A stretch of DNA of 48,933 bases from assembly GCA_963612735.1 (NCBI GenBank), contig CAVDWX010000062.1, forward strand, positions 1 through 48,933, in the 5' to 3' direction. The position numbers and the translations under genes are program-made. The notes below the pieces were generated by a model. The model saw only the letters and a list, made by a program, of their open reading frames with translations, was not told the origin of the DNA and ran no database searches. This DNA is from Gemmiger formicilis. Lineage in GTDB: Bacteria > Bacillota_I > Bacilli_A > RFN20 > CAG-826. How positions within the stretch are numbered: the first letter of the stretch is position 1; each line of letters begins with the position of its first letter. Below are positions 19,293 to 28,485 of this stretch, piece after piece.

Positions 19293-20261
19293 TTATCGTA
19301 ACAATTCTTTGATAATGGTTTTTAGTTCTTCACACATTATTTTGTGTTGACTAACAAAGGCATGATTGCTAATTGCAGTTTTGTCACCATTAAATTTATG
19401 AATAAATAAGTATGGGTATTTTGACTTTAATGAATTATATGTTTGTTCCACTAAATAGTAAGCCTGTTCTTCTTTTAAAGTTCCATATACCATTAATATT
19501 TTTAGTTCTTTATTCTTCTTTAGTTCATGTTTAATAAGATGCTCATATTGCTTAATGAAATAATCCACTAGGGTGGGCATTTTATCTATATTGGCTTTGA
19601 TATATGAATCATCGTTTGTACCAAGTGATATGATTAGTAAATCTTCCTTAAAAGCATCTTTATAGTCAATGTTTAAATTAGGTCCTACTTTGTTTATAAA
19701 GTTGATTATTCCTATATTTTTAGGAGACGTGTAATTAGAAAAAGTTAAGCCCCAACCTGAAGCAGAAAAAATATCTATACCCATATTAAGCTCATATAAG
19801 CTATTAAAAATAAAATCTGATACCGAATCTGAATTATGAATATTGCCTTCGCCTTCTTTTGCTAATATTCCATACCCAGCGACAGTGGAGTCTCCATATA
19901 TTCTTACTTTTTTATTATATTCATGATCGTAATCAAATAATTCCCCATTAACTTTTATATCTTCTATTAAAAGAATATTCATATTGCATTCATTGGCTTT
20001 AATTATGTCGACATAATATATATCTTTTTTTGAAAAAGTATATGTGTAGCCATTATTATCTAAATAAACTTTAATTTTATTTTCATAGTCACGATTAATA
20101 ATTATGTAGAAATAGCCTTGTGTAGTGGCAAATCTCATTGATAATGTAAAACTATCGCCACTCATTTTAAAGGAGATAGACGATCCACCATGGAATAGAC
20201 TCAATACATTGTTTTTAATTGCATATCTCCCACTTATATAAAACTTCTTATTAATGTTCAT
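19293..20261 (-). CDS. CE2-like SGNH acetylesterase (N-terminal beta-sandwich plus C-terminal SGNH domain), cytoplasmic
   Basis: No signal peptide. The N-terminal region of about 110 aa (GRYAIKNNVLSLFHGGSSISFKMSG) resembles the CE2 jelly-roll. SGNH blocks are VRIYGDSTVAGYG, SASGWG and ISLGTNDD. Confidence 0.65.
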   Translation of the reverse strand: MNINKKFYISGRYAIKNNVLSLFHGGSSISFKMSGDSFTLSMRFATTQGYFYIIINRDYENKIKVYLDNNGYTYTFSKKDIYYVDIIKANECNMNILLIEDIKVNGELFDYDHEYNKKVRIYGDSTVAGYGILAKEGEGNIHNSDSVSDFIFNSLYELNMGIDIFSASGWGLTFSNYTSPKNIGIINFINKVGPNLNIDYKDAFKEDLLIISLGTNDDSYIKANIDKMPTLVDYFIKQYEHLIKHELKKNKELKILMVYGTLKEEQAYYLVEQTYNSLKSKYPYLFIHKFNGDKTAISNHAFVSQHKIMCEELKTIIKELLR

Positions 20262-20468
20262 GATTTAGTTGTATCACACGATATAATTTGATTAAAAGCG
20301 TTTTTAGCGTGTTATTTTTGTTGAAACCGTTTTCTTAAAATTATGATTGCAGTTTCTTATTTTCTTTGTTAACTTAAAAATGCAAATGCACATGTTGTTC
20401 AAAAAAGAAAAATAATTGTTCCTTTAGGGGAATTTTTTTATTTTTTCTAAATTTAAAGGAGTAAAAAT

Positions 20469-21815
20469 ATGTATAAAAGTGCTTATTTAAATGATTTACT
20501 AGTGGACGTAAAAAGAAGGTATGGCAATGAGGCTGAATTTGTTGCCGCAGTGGAAGAATTTTTTGATTCAATGGATTACATTGTTGATAAAGATCCACGC
20601 ATTGAAGCTAATGCAATTTTAGAAAGACTTGTTGTTCCAGAACGAGTTATTGAAACGAGAGTCTCTTGGGTTGATGATAAAGGTAAGATTCAAGTCAACA
20701 CTGGATATCGCGTTCAATTTAATTCCGCGATTGGACCATATAAAGGTGGAATGAGATTCCATCCATCTGTTAATTTATCTATTTTAAAATTCTTAGGTTT
20801 TGAACAAACGTTTAAAAATAGTTTAACTGGTTTACCAATGGGTGGTGGAAAAGGTGGAGCGGATTTTGATCCACGTGGCAAAAGCGATGCTGAAGTTATG
20901 AGATTCTGTCAAGCCTTTATGTCAGAATTATACCGTCATATTGGGCCTAACACTGATGTCCCCGCTGGCGATTTAGGATTTGGGGCTCGTGAAGTTGGCT
21001 ATATGTTTGGCATGTATAAAAAATTACAAAATGAATTTAGTGGTGTCTTTACAGGGAAAGGCATTTCATATGGTGGTTCCTTATTTAGACCTGAATCTAC
21101 GGGATATGGATTGCTTTATTTTGCTGAAGAAATGTTAAAAACATATTTTGATAAGACTTTTAAGGGCAGAAAAATTATTATTTCCGGCTCCGGCAAGGTT
21201 GGAGGCATGGCTTTAGAAAAAGCTACTCACTTAGGCGCTATTGTGGTTGCTATGTCCGATATCGATGGATTTATTTACGATGAAAATGGCATTGACGCTG
21301 AACTTGTTATTAAATTAAGTAAGCAAAAAGGTATGTTTACAAAAGAATATAAAAACATCCATCCAGAAGCTACTTATAATCCAGACCCACACGAAATGTG
21401 GAATGTTCCTTGCGAAATTGCTTTACCATGTGCAACACAAGGAGAAATTCATTTAGATGATGCCAAATTATTAAAGAAGAATGGCTGCTATATGGTTGTA
21501 GAAGGTGCAAATATGCCTTGTGATGTGGAAGCCATCCGTTATTTCAATTCAAATGATGTATTATTTGCCCCTGGCAAGGCTTCCAATGCTGGTGGAGTAG
21601 CCACTTCTGGATTAGAAATGAGTCAAAATGCAATGCATTTATCTTGGACTTTTGAAGAAGTTGATGAAAAATTAAAAGGTATTATGAAAAATATCTTTAA
21701 ACAATGCTATGAAACAGCTTGCAAATACGGTCAACCTAAAAATTTAGCTTTAGGGGCTAATATTGTTGGATTCTTAAAAGTCTATGATGCCATGCTCGCA
21801 CAAGGAGTTATTTAA
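20469..21815 (+). CDS. gdhA: NADP-specific glutamate dehydrogenase
   Basis: 448 aa. Motifs KGGMRFHPSVNLSILKFLGFEQTFKNSLTGLPMGGGKGG and the dinucleotide fold ISGSGKVG. AAAGGAG RBS. Confidence 0.95.
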   Translation: MYKSAYLNDLLVDVKRRYGNEAEFVAAVEEFFDSMDYIVDKDPRIEANAILERLVVPERVIETRVSWVDDKGKIQVNTGYRVQFNSAIGPYKGGMRFHPSVNLSILKFLGFEQTFKNSLTGLPMGGGKGGADFDPRGKSDAEVMRFCQAFMSELYRHIGPNTDVPAGDLGFGAREVGYMFGMYKKLQNEFSGVFTGKGISYGGSLFRPESTGYGLLYFAEEMLKTYFDKTFKGRKIIISGSGKVGGMALEKATHLGAIVVAMSDIDGFIYDENGIDAELVIKLSKQKGMFTKEYKNIHPEATYNPDPHEMWNVPCEIALPCATQGEIHLDDAKLLKKNGCYMVVEGANMPCDVEAIRYFNSNDVLFAPGKASNAGGVATSGLEMSQNAMHLSWTFEEVDEKLKGIMKNIFKQCYETACKYGQPKNLALGANIVGFLKVYDAMLAQGVI

Positions 21816-23038
21816 TGAATAACAAAACTATTCATGTTCCTCATATATATATACCTAAAAAAGGCATTGATTTAACTAAATACGCAGTTATTGCATGCGA
21901 CCAATTTACTTCGCAAATCGATTACTGGGAAAAAGTAAAATCATTAGTGGGCGATAATGTTTCTACCTATCATATGATTTTTCCTGAAGCTTATTTAGGC
22001 AAAGTTGATGAAAAAAAATATATCGAAGGAATAAACAACAATATTAACACTTATTTAAATGATGGTTCTCTTATTGATATAGGCGAATATTTCATATTAG
22101 TGGAACGAACTACATCCTTTGGTATTAGAAGGTTAGGTTTAGTTTTATCAATTGATTTAGAAGATTATTCTTATAATTTAAAAGATAACGCTAAAATAAG
22201 AGCTAGCGAGGCTACGATTGTGGAACGTATTCCACCTCGATTAAAGATCAGAAAAGACGCGCCATTAGAGCTTCCTCATACACTTTTATTATACGACGAC
22301 AAAAATAAGCAAATTATTGAAAAACTATATCAAAACCGCACTAATTTAGAAAAAATATATGATTTTGATTTAAATATGGATGGTGGTCATATACGCGGGT
22401 ATCGAGTAGATAATGTTAATGAAATCATTGAACAATTTGAAGATTTATATGCCAAAAATAATAACGGCATTATGTTTGTTGTTGGAGATGGCAATCATTC
22501 GTTAGCAACCGCTAAAGCACACTGGAATATTGTTAAAGAACATTTAAGTGAAAAAGATAGGTTAAATCATCCAGCCCGTTTTGCTCTTGTTGAAGTGAAT
22601 AATTTATACGATGATGGAATTATTTTTGAACCTATTCATCGCATTATATTTAACGCTTCTAATGATTTTGCGGACAAATTAATTCAAGCTATGGAAGGTA
22701 ATTATCTATCTCGTGTCCATCTTAGTTCTGGATTTTCTTTAGATTTGCATATTCCTAAAAATGGGCCTGAAGCTTATTTGATGGTGCAGACTTATTTAGA
22801 TGAATATTTAAAAGAACATTTAGAATCTTCAATTGATTTTATTCACGATGAAGATCAGCTCATTGAAGTATGTGAACAAAATGATAAAAGTGTTGCTATT
22901 ATCATGCCAAGTTTGACTAAAGATGATATTTTCACTTACCTATCTTTAGGACGTGTCCTACCAAGAAAATCTTTTTCGATGGGACACGCAAGTGAAAAAA
23001 GATATTATTTTGAAAGTAAAAAAATAATAAAAAAATAA
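21815..23038 (+). CDS. DUF1015-family protein (function unknown)
   Basis: 407 aa, with an N-terminus typical of DUF1015 (IHVPHIYIPKKG...YAVIACDQFTSQ). Its start overlaps the gdhA stop (TAATG, 21813..21817). AAGGAG RBS. From memory, this family often lies next to serA and serC. Confidence 0.7.
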   Translation: MNNKTIHVPHIYIPKKGIDLTKYAVIACDQFTSQIDYWEKVKSLVGDNVSTYHMIFPEAYLGKVDEKKYIEGINNNINTYLNDGSLIDIGEYFILVERTTSFGIRRLGLVLSIDLEDYSYNLKDNAKIRASEATIVERIPPRLKIRKDAPLELPHTLLLYDDKNKQIIEKLYQNRTNLEKIYDFDLNMDGGHIRGYRVDNVNEIIEQFEDLYAKNNNGIMFVVGDGNHSLATAKAHWNIVKEHLSEKDRLNHPARFALVEVNNLYDDGIIFEPIHRIIFNASNDFADKLIQAMEGNYLSRVHLSSGFSLDLHIPKNGPEAYLMVQTYLDEYLKEHLESSIDFIHDEDQLIEVCEQNDKSVAIIMPSLTKDDIFTYLSLGRVLPRKSFSMGHASEKRYYFESKKIIKK

Positions 23039-23058
23039 TAGAAAGGAATTAATTTATT

Positions 23059-24144
23059 ATGAAACGAATTTTTAACTTTTCTGCGGGACCTGCTATGCTC
23101 CCTTTAGAAGTATTAAAAGAAGCTCAAGATGAGATGCTTGATTATCATGATTCAGGAATGTCTGTCATGGAAATGAGCCATCGTAGCAAGGTTTATCAAC
23201 AAATTATTGATGAAGCTGAAGCTGATTTAAGAAAATTATTAAATATCCCTGATAACTACAAAGTCTTGTTTTTACAGGGCGGCGCTACTCTTCAATTTGG
23301 AATGATTCCAATGAATTTTATGGTTAATCATGTCGCTGATTATATCAATACTGGTGTATGGACTAAAAAGGCGATTAAGGACGCAAAAATATTTGGTCAA
23401 GTCAATATAATTGCTAGTAGTGAAGATCGTGATTTTGCATATATTCCAGATGTAAAACATCTTAAGTATACTCATAATGCAGATTATGTTTATATTTGTG
23501 ACAACAATACTATTTTTGGGACAAAATACAAAGAATATCCCGATACTGGCGATATCCCTTTAATAGCTGATATGTCTTCATGTTTCTTATCTGAACCAAT
23601 TGATGTGAAAAAGTTTGGTATGATTTATGCTGGAGCGCAGAAAAACGTTGGTCCAGCGGGGGTGACAATTTGTATTATTCGTGATGATTTATTAGCTAGA
23701 GAACCAGATTCAAAAGCTTTTACTTATTTAAGATATAATACTCATGTAGAAAATGGCTCTATGTATAATACTCCACCTACTTACGCTATCTATATTTGTG
23801 GAAAAGTGTTTAAATGGCTTCTTAAAACAGGTGGCTTAGAAGTTAGAAAGAAAATCAATGAAGAAAAGGCTGCTTTGCTTTATGATTATTTAGATCATTC
23901 CAAAATATTTAAACCATATGTTGATAAAGATTCTCGCTCGATTATGAATGTCACATTTAGAACTGGTGATGACGCTCTTGATGCTGAATTCATCGAAGGC
24001 AGTAAAAAATATGGTTTTACTAATTTAAAAGGCCATCGTTCAACTGGTGGAATGAGAGCTTCAATATATAATGCTATGCCTATAGAAGGGGTTAAAGCTT
24101 TGATTGAATATATGAAAGAATTTGAAGAAGCTCATCTTAAATAG
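23059..24144 (+). CDS. serC: phosphoserine aminotransferase
   Basis: 361 aa, starting FNFSAGPAMLPLEVLKEAQDEMLDYHDSGMSVMEMSHRSK. The size and C-terminus are typical of SerC. Confidence 0.95.
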   Translation: MKRIFNFSAGPAMLPLEVLKEAQDEMLDYHDSGMSVMEMSHRSKVYQQIIDEAEADLRKLLNIPDNYKVLFLQGGATLQFGMIPMNFMVNHVADYINTGVWTKKAIKDAKIFGQVNIIASSEDRDFAYIPDVKHLKYTHNADYVYICDNNTIFGTKYKEYPDTGDIPLIADMSSCFLSEPIDVKKFGMIYAGAQKNVGPAGVTICIIRDDLLAREPDSKAFTYLRYNTHVENGSMYNTPPTYAIYICGKVFKWLLKTGGLEVRKKINEEKAALLYDYLDHSKIFKPYVDKDSRSIMNVTFRTGDDALDAEFIEGSKKYGFTNLKGHRSTGGMRASIYNAMPIEGVKALIEYMKEFEEAHLK

Positions 24145-24158
24145 GAGGTAAAAAGAAT

Positions 24159-25331
24159 ATGAAAATATTTTGTTTAAATAAGATATCTCCAGTCGGGTTA
24201 AAAGTATTGACCCCGGAATATGTTATTGTTGACGATATTAATGACGCTGATGCAATCATGGTTAGAAGTGCACAAATGCATGACATGCTACTCCCTGAAA
24301 GAGTGCTCTGCGTTGCTCGTGCTGGTGCTGGAGTTAATAACATTCCATTATTAGATTATGCTAAAAAAGGAGTTGTGGTCTTTAACACGCCTGGCGCTAA
24401 CGCTAACGCAGTAAAAGAATTAGCTATTGCTTCAATGTTATTAGCGTCAAGAGATATTCTTGGAGGTGTTTCCTGGGTTAAGGAAAATCGTGATGATGAA
24501 AACATAGCTAAATCAGTTGAAAAAGCTAAGTCAGCTTTTGCTGGAAATGAAATACTTGGCAAAACTTTAGGTATTATTGGTTTAGGTGCAGTTGGTGCTT
24601 TAGTGGCTCAGGCAGCGGGAAATTTAGGAATGCATGTTGTTGCTATTGAACCAAGCACTGCGACAATTGAAAGAAATAAACATCTATTCCCTCACGATAT
24701 TAAATTAGTGACTGATTATGATGATTTATATAAAGTATCTGACTTCTTATCTATTCATGTTCCACTTCTTGACTCCACTCGTGGCATGATTAATAAAGAT
24801 GCCATTAGCAAGATGAAAGATGGCGTTATCATAATCAATATTGCTAGAGATGCTATTGTTAATGATGATGATATAAAAGAAGCACTTTTAAATAAAAAAG
24901 TGCGCAAATACGTAACGGATTTCCCTAATTTTGCAACTGCAAATATGGAAGGAGTTATTGCTATTCCCCATTTAGGCGCGTCTAGTGAAGAGGCTGAAGA
25001 TAACTGTGCCATGATGGCTAGTAAAGAAGTTATGGATTTCATTGAAAACGGAAATATTATCAATTCAGTTAACTATCCACGTTTAGATTTAGGCAAAAGA
25101 ATTCATAAACGTATGATTATCCTTCATGAAGCTAAAGAAGGACTTCCAGATCATATTGTTGATGCTATTCGTAGTTCGAATAAAGAAATTTATAAGATGG
25201 AAACCGGTGTTAAAGGAGAATACGGCGCTACTCTTATTGAATTTGATCAATTGCCTAATGCTCCACATTTATGTCCGTTTGAAACGATTGAATCTTTAGA
25301 TGGTGTCATTCGTGTTAGGGTAATTAAATAG
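24159..25331 (+). CDS. serA: D-3-phosphoglycerate dehydrogenase with a C-terminal ACT-like domain
   Basis: 390 aa. 2-hydroxyacid dehydrogenase motifs ARAGAGVNNIP and GIIGLGAVGALVA, plus catalytic His in IPHLGAS. It follows serC. Confidence 0.9.
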   Translation: MKIFCLNKISPVGLKVLTPEYVIVDDINDADAIMVRSAQMHDMLLPERVLCVARAGAGVNNIPLLDYAKKGVVVFNTPGANANAVKELAIASMLLASRDILGGVSWVKENRDDENIAKSVEKAKSAFAGNEILGKTLGIIGLGAVGALVAQAAGNLGMHVVAIEPSTATIERNKHLFPHDIKLVTDYDDLYKVSDFLSIHVPLLDSTRGMINKDAISKMKDGVIIINIARDAIVNDDDIKEALLNKKVRKYVTDFPNFATANMEGVIAIPHLGASSEEAEDNCAMMASKEVMDFIENGNIINSVNYPRLDLGKRIHKRMIILHEAKEGLPDHIVDAIRSSNKEIYKMETGVKGEYGATLIEFDQLPNAPHLCPFETIESLDGVIRVRVIK

Positions 25332-25350
25332 TTTGATAAATTCGTAATAA

Positions 25351-25374
25351 AAAAGCTCTCTAATGAGAGCTTTT
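25351..25374. terminator. bidirectional intrinsic terminator between convergent serA and the lipoprotein gene
   Basis: AAAAGCTCTC-TAAT-GAGAGCTTTT, a perfect 10-bp stem (including the A/T arms) with T-runs on both strands. Confidence 0.75.
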
Positions 25375-25393
25375 AATTTGCGTAACTTATTAT

Positions 25394-26662
25394 TTATTCA
25401 AATTTGATTGGTGTAAAATCGCTAAAATCATTAGGTAATTGAACTGATTGATTATAAGCAATTTCAGTTGAAAATCCTGATGATAATTCATAGGTTACAT
25501 CGACATTAGTATTTATTACTCCATTATAAAGACTTAATGGTACATTTGAATTTACGCTTATATCATATGATTCGCCAATCTTGCTTAATAATCCGTTTTC
25601 GTCGAACAAAATAGCGGCTTTAACATTAAATTTTTTGATAGAATCAGATAATTGTTTTTTAATTGATGAGGCGTAGTCTATAGATGAAGTAGAGGTAGAT
25701 CCATCTTCGTCCCATGTAGCATATGTCAATAATTCAAGTGTAATAAAATCATCTTTAGTCAATGATAAACTTATACCAAATCTTTCATCATCATATTTTT
25801 GGAAGGTGAGGGGTTTAACTCCAGTCATATTTTCGACTTCCACTAAATTATCCAAATATTCTTTTATTGATTCTTCAAGAGATGAAACTGTATCTTCATC
25901 AATTTCTGGAAGTATTTTTTCGTTAGCTTTATCTCCAATGTAAGAAGTTAAGTCGTAACTTATCTTTTTATTTTCGCCAAGTAAGCCATTGAATAAATCT
26001 AAAATATTATAATTGGCATCTTGAACTGAAAAATCAGTGGTCACTTTATTTACAACTTCGTCCAATGATTTAACAAAAGAATATAAGTTATCATCGCTAA
26101 AATCGCCGTATAAAGTATTATCCTTATAGTAAGCAAGGATACTTGCATCTTTAGCACTTAGTGAATATGAATATTTCTTGTTAGTAACAGTCGCGGCAGT
26201 ACCATTCAAATTAATATTAGCGGTATCTGGTAAGTTACCTTCAAAAGAAACGCTTCCACCAAAATTTAAATTAGCAATACCTTCCAAATCAGCATATGTC
26301 TTATCTAATCCACTGAGTTGGTATACTGCTTTTGCCTTTAAATTTTTAACTTTTAATGTAGCGTCAATATCCTCCATAGTGACACCCATAATCGGATTTT
26401 GCGCTAAATCTGTTGTTTTAGCTTTTAATGTAAAATTAGTATTACTTAAATTATTAGTGATACTTACACTATTTAATCCCTTCACAGTTTCTTGAATACT
26501 ACGTGAAAGTTTTTGTTTAACTTCGATAGCTCCCTTTTCACTTGTGATATCAATAGTGGTGCCTCCACTTGGAAGAGTGTTGTCTTTAGTGGTTGACTTT
26601 CCACAGGCCGCTAATGATAAAGCAGCAATTGAAGTTAAGAATAAAAATTTTATTTTTTTCAT
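25394..26662 (-). CDS. hypothetical lipoprotein (422 aa)
   Basis: Start moved to ATG 26660..26662 (MKKIKFLF; AAGGAG RBS 10 nt upstream). Lipobox LSLAACGK. I recognise no family. Confidence 0.75.
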   Translation of the reverse strand: MKKIKFLFLTSIAALSLAACGKSTTKDNTLPSGGTTIDITSEKGAIEVKQKLSRSIQETVKGLNSVSITNNLSNTNFTLKAKTTDLAQNPIMGVTMEDIDATLKVKNLKAKAVYQLSGLDKTYADLEGIANLNFGGSVSFEGNLPDTANINLNGTAATVTNKKYSYSLSAKDASILAYYKDNTLYGDFSDDNLYSFVKSLDEVVNKVTTDFSVQDANYNILDLFNGLLGENKKISYDLTSYIGDKANEKILPEIDEDTVSSLEESIKEYLDNLVEVENMTGVKPLTFQKYDDERFGISLSLTKDDFITLELLTYATWDEDGSTSTSSIDYASSIKKQLSDSIKKFNVKAAILFDENGLLSKIGESYDISVNSNVPLSLYNGVINTNVDVTYELSSGFSTEIAYNQSVQLPNDFSDFTPIKFE

Positions 26663-26690
26663 AAATTTTGTTCTCCTTTCGAACAAATAT

Positions 26691-26699
26691 ATTATAGCA
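26691..26699 (-). promoter_or_regulatory. extended -10 promoter element (TGCTATAAT) for the lipoprotein gene
   Basis: The minus strand reads TGCTATAAT about 30 nt upstream of the ATG at 26662. TTGAAA lies upstream but the spacer is short. Confidence 0.4.
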
Positions 26700-26726
26700 A
26701 ATTTATTTACTTTCAACTTTTATAAT

Positions 26727-26758
26727 AAAAAAGAAACCTAATAAATTTTATAGGTTTC
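26727..26758 (-). terminator. intrinsic terminator of the carbamate kinase gene
   Basis: GAAACCTA-(10-nt loop)-TAGGTTTC, followed by TTTTTT on the minus strand, 28 nt after the stop at 26786. Confidence 0.7.
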
Positions 26759-26785
26759 AATTTTATATTGATTATATCAATGCTT

Positions 26786-27703
26786 TTATCTAATGATGGT
26801 TCCACTTTCCTCTTTAAACGCTTTTTCGGCGTTTTCTAGATGAGCGATAATTGCACATTTACCTGGACAATGTTTTAGAAAGGATAAACATGCATTTACT
26901 TTTGGATACATTGAACCTTTGGCAAAATAATCTTTGGTTAGATAAGATTCCATTTCATTAATAGTAACATGTTCTAGTTTTACCTGGTCGGGTTTACCAA
27001 AATTAATGCATACATTATCCACAGCCGTAAGAATAACTAAATAATCAGCATGAACGAGTTCTGCGACTTTAGCACTGGCGTAATCTTTATCAACAACCGC
27101 AGCGACACCCACTAATTGATCGTTGTCTTTTATAACAGGGATACCGCCTCCACCAGCGCATATGACGACATCTTTATTTTTAACCAGTGTTAATATGGTA
27201 TCTTTTTCAATTATGTCTATTGGTAGTGGAGAAGGAACTACTCGACGATATCCTCTATTAGCGTCCTCTTTCATTACATAACCTTTAGTTTTAACTATTT
27301 CATCCGATTCTTCTTTCGAATAGAAACTTCCAACTGGTTTAGTTGGATTTAAAAATAATGGATCATTTTTATCGACGAGTACCTGACTAATAACTGTTAC
27401 TACATTACGCTTGACGCCTTCTTTTTTTAAGGCGTTACCAATTGCGTTTTGTAAATGATAGCCAATATATCCTTGTGACATCGCCCCACATTCTGGGAAT
27501 GGCATATCAGGAACACTTTTTGCGTCGGTAAAAGCAAGATTAATCATTCCCACTTGTGGGCCGTTACCATGAACGATAATAACTTCATTGCCATCTCTTA
27601 TTAATTCCACAATATAGGTAGCCACTTTACTGACTAATTCTTTTTGCTCTACTGCATTATTACCTAAGGCATTTCCACCTAAAGAAACAACATATCTTTT
27701 CAT
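26786..27703 (-). CDS. arcC: carbamate kinase
   Basis: Start moved to ATG 27701..27703 (MKRYVVSLGGNALG; GAGGTG RBS). The track start at 27763 is a TTG. Motif IIVHGNGPQVG. It is the counterpart of E. coli YqeA in the ygeW neighbourhood. Confidence 0.9.
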   Translation of the reverse strand: MKRYVVSLGGNALGNNAVEQKELVSKVATYIVELIRDGNEVIIVHGNGPQVGMINLAFTDAKSVPDMPFPECGAMSQGYIGYHLQNAIGNALKKEGVKRNVVTVISQVLVDKNDPLFLNPTKPVGSFYSKEESDEIVKTKGYVMKEDANRGYRRVVPSPLPIDIIEKDTILTLVKNKDVVICAGGGGIPVIKDNDQLVGVAAVVDKDYASAKVAELVHADYLVILTAVDNVCINFGKPDQVKLEHVTINEMESYLTKDYFAKGSMYPKVNACLSFLKHCPGKCAIIAHLENAEKAFKEESGTIIR

Positions 27704-27818
27704 AGACACCTCGCATATACTTTTCTCTATCATTATAAAGGATGAATTTCTTATTTTCATCAATTGTCGATTTTGAACTACATTTGAAAAATTAATTTAA
27801 TCTTTTTTTCTTCTAAAC

Positions 27819-27840
27819 CTTGCGTATACGCGTTCGCAAG
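27819..27840. promoter_or_regulatory. GC-rich inverted repeat in the arcC/mocA divergent intergenic region (candidate operator)
   Basis: CTTGCG-TATACGCGTT-CGCAAG, with an internal ACGCGT palindrome. It stands out in a very AT-rich 215-bp spacer. Confidence 0.3.
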
Positions 27841-27918
27841 ATGTTAACTTACAATTTCACAAATTAGATTGAAGAAAGTGCTAAAATCAATTAAACTAAT
27901 ATATATTAGAGGTCATTA

Positions 27919-28470
27919 ATGATTGATGCAGTCATTCTTGCTGGTGGATGTTCAGTTCGCTTTAAATCGAATAAACTCCTTTTTCTTATAAATGATAAAC
28001 CTCTTATAGTCCATTCTATTGAATCTCTTTTAGATTTTGCTTCTCATATTTATGTGGTGACAGGTCATTATCATAATGAAATATCTGAAGCAATTAAAAA
28101 TATTGATAAGGTCTCAATAATTTATAATTCTAATTATATGAAAGGGATGTTTTCATCTGCTCAAACCGGAATAAAAGAAACCTCGAATGATATTTTACTC
28201 CTTCCCGGAGATTGCTCTTTTGTTGATAAAAAAACAATTCAAAAAATAATTAGTGGAAAAGGGATGATGAGATGCCCTATTTATCAAGGTAAAACCGGAC
28301 ATCCTCTTTTTATCAAGAAAGAACTAAAGGATGAGATATTAAAATTACCAATTGATTCCAATTTAAAAGCATTTCGTGACCAAATTGGATATGAGACTAT
28401 CGAATGTGATGATCCTCATATTTTTATTGATATAGACACATTAAAAGATTATCAAAATCTTATTATTTAA
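27919..28470 (+). CDS. mocA: MobA/MocA-like nucleotidyltransferase (molybdenum cofactor cytidylyltransferase, YgfJ-like)
   Basis: 183 aa. N-terminal AVILAGGCSVRF..NKLL motif. It lies immediately upstream of the Mo-hydroxylase genes. Confidence 0.8.
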   Translation: MIDAVILAGGCSVRFKSNKLLFLINDKPLIVHSIESLLDFASHIYVVTGHYHNEISEAIKNIDKVSIIYNSNYMKGMFSSAQTGIKETSNDILLLPGDCSFVDKKTIQKIISGKGMMRCPIYQGKTGHPLFIKKELKDEILKLPIDSNLKAFRDQIGYETIECDDPHIFIDIDTLKDYQNLII

Positions 28471-28485
28471 GAGAAAGGAACTAAA

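Noticed and set aside
20262-20468. T-box or amino-acid riboswitch upstream of gdhA/serC/serA
   Set aside because: I found no T-box consensus, specifier-loop architecture or terminator/antiterminator pair in the 207-bp spacer. It looks like a plain AT-rich divergent promoter region.
20374-20598. 74-aa minus-strand ORF overlapping the gdhA start
   Set aside because: It overlaps the gdhA RBS and N-terminus in antisense. The sequence is His/Gln/Phe-rich and unconvincing, and I see no RBS.
23272-25063. Minus-strand ORFs 23272..23475, 24137..24343, 24356..24562 and 24755..25063
   Set aside because: They are antisense within serC and serA.
26178-26741. Plus-strand ORFs 26178..26495 and 26544..26741
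   Set aside because: They are antisense to the lipoprotein gene and its promoter region.
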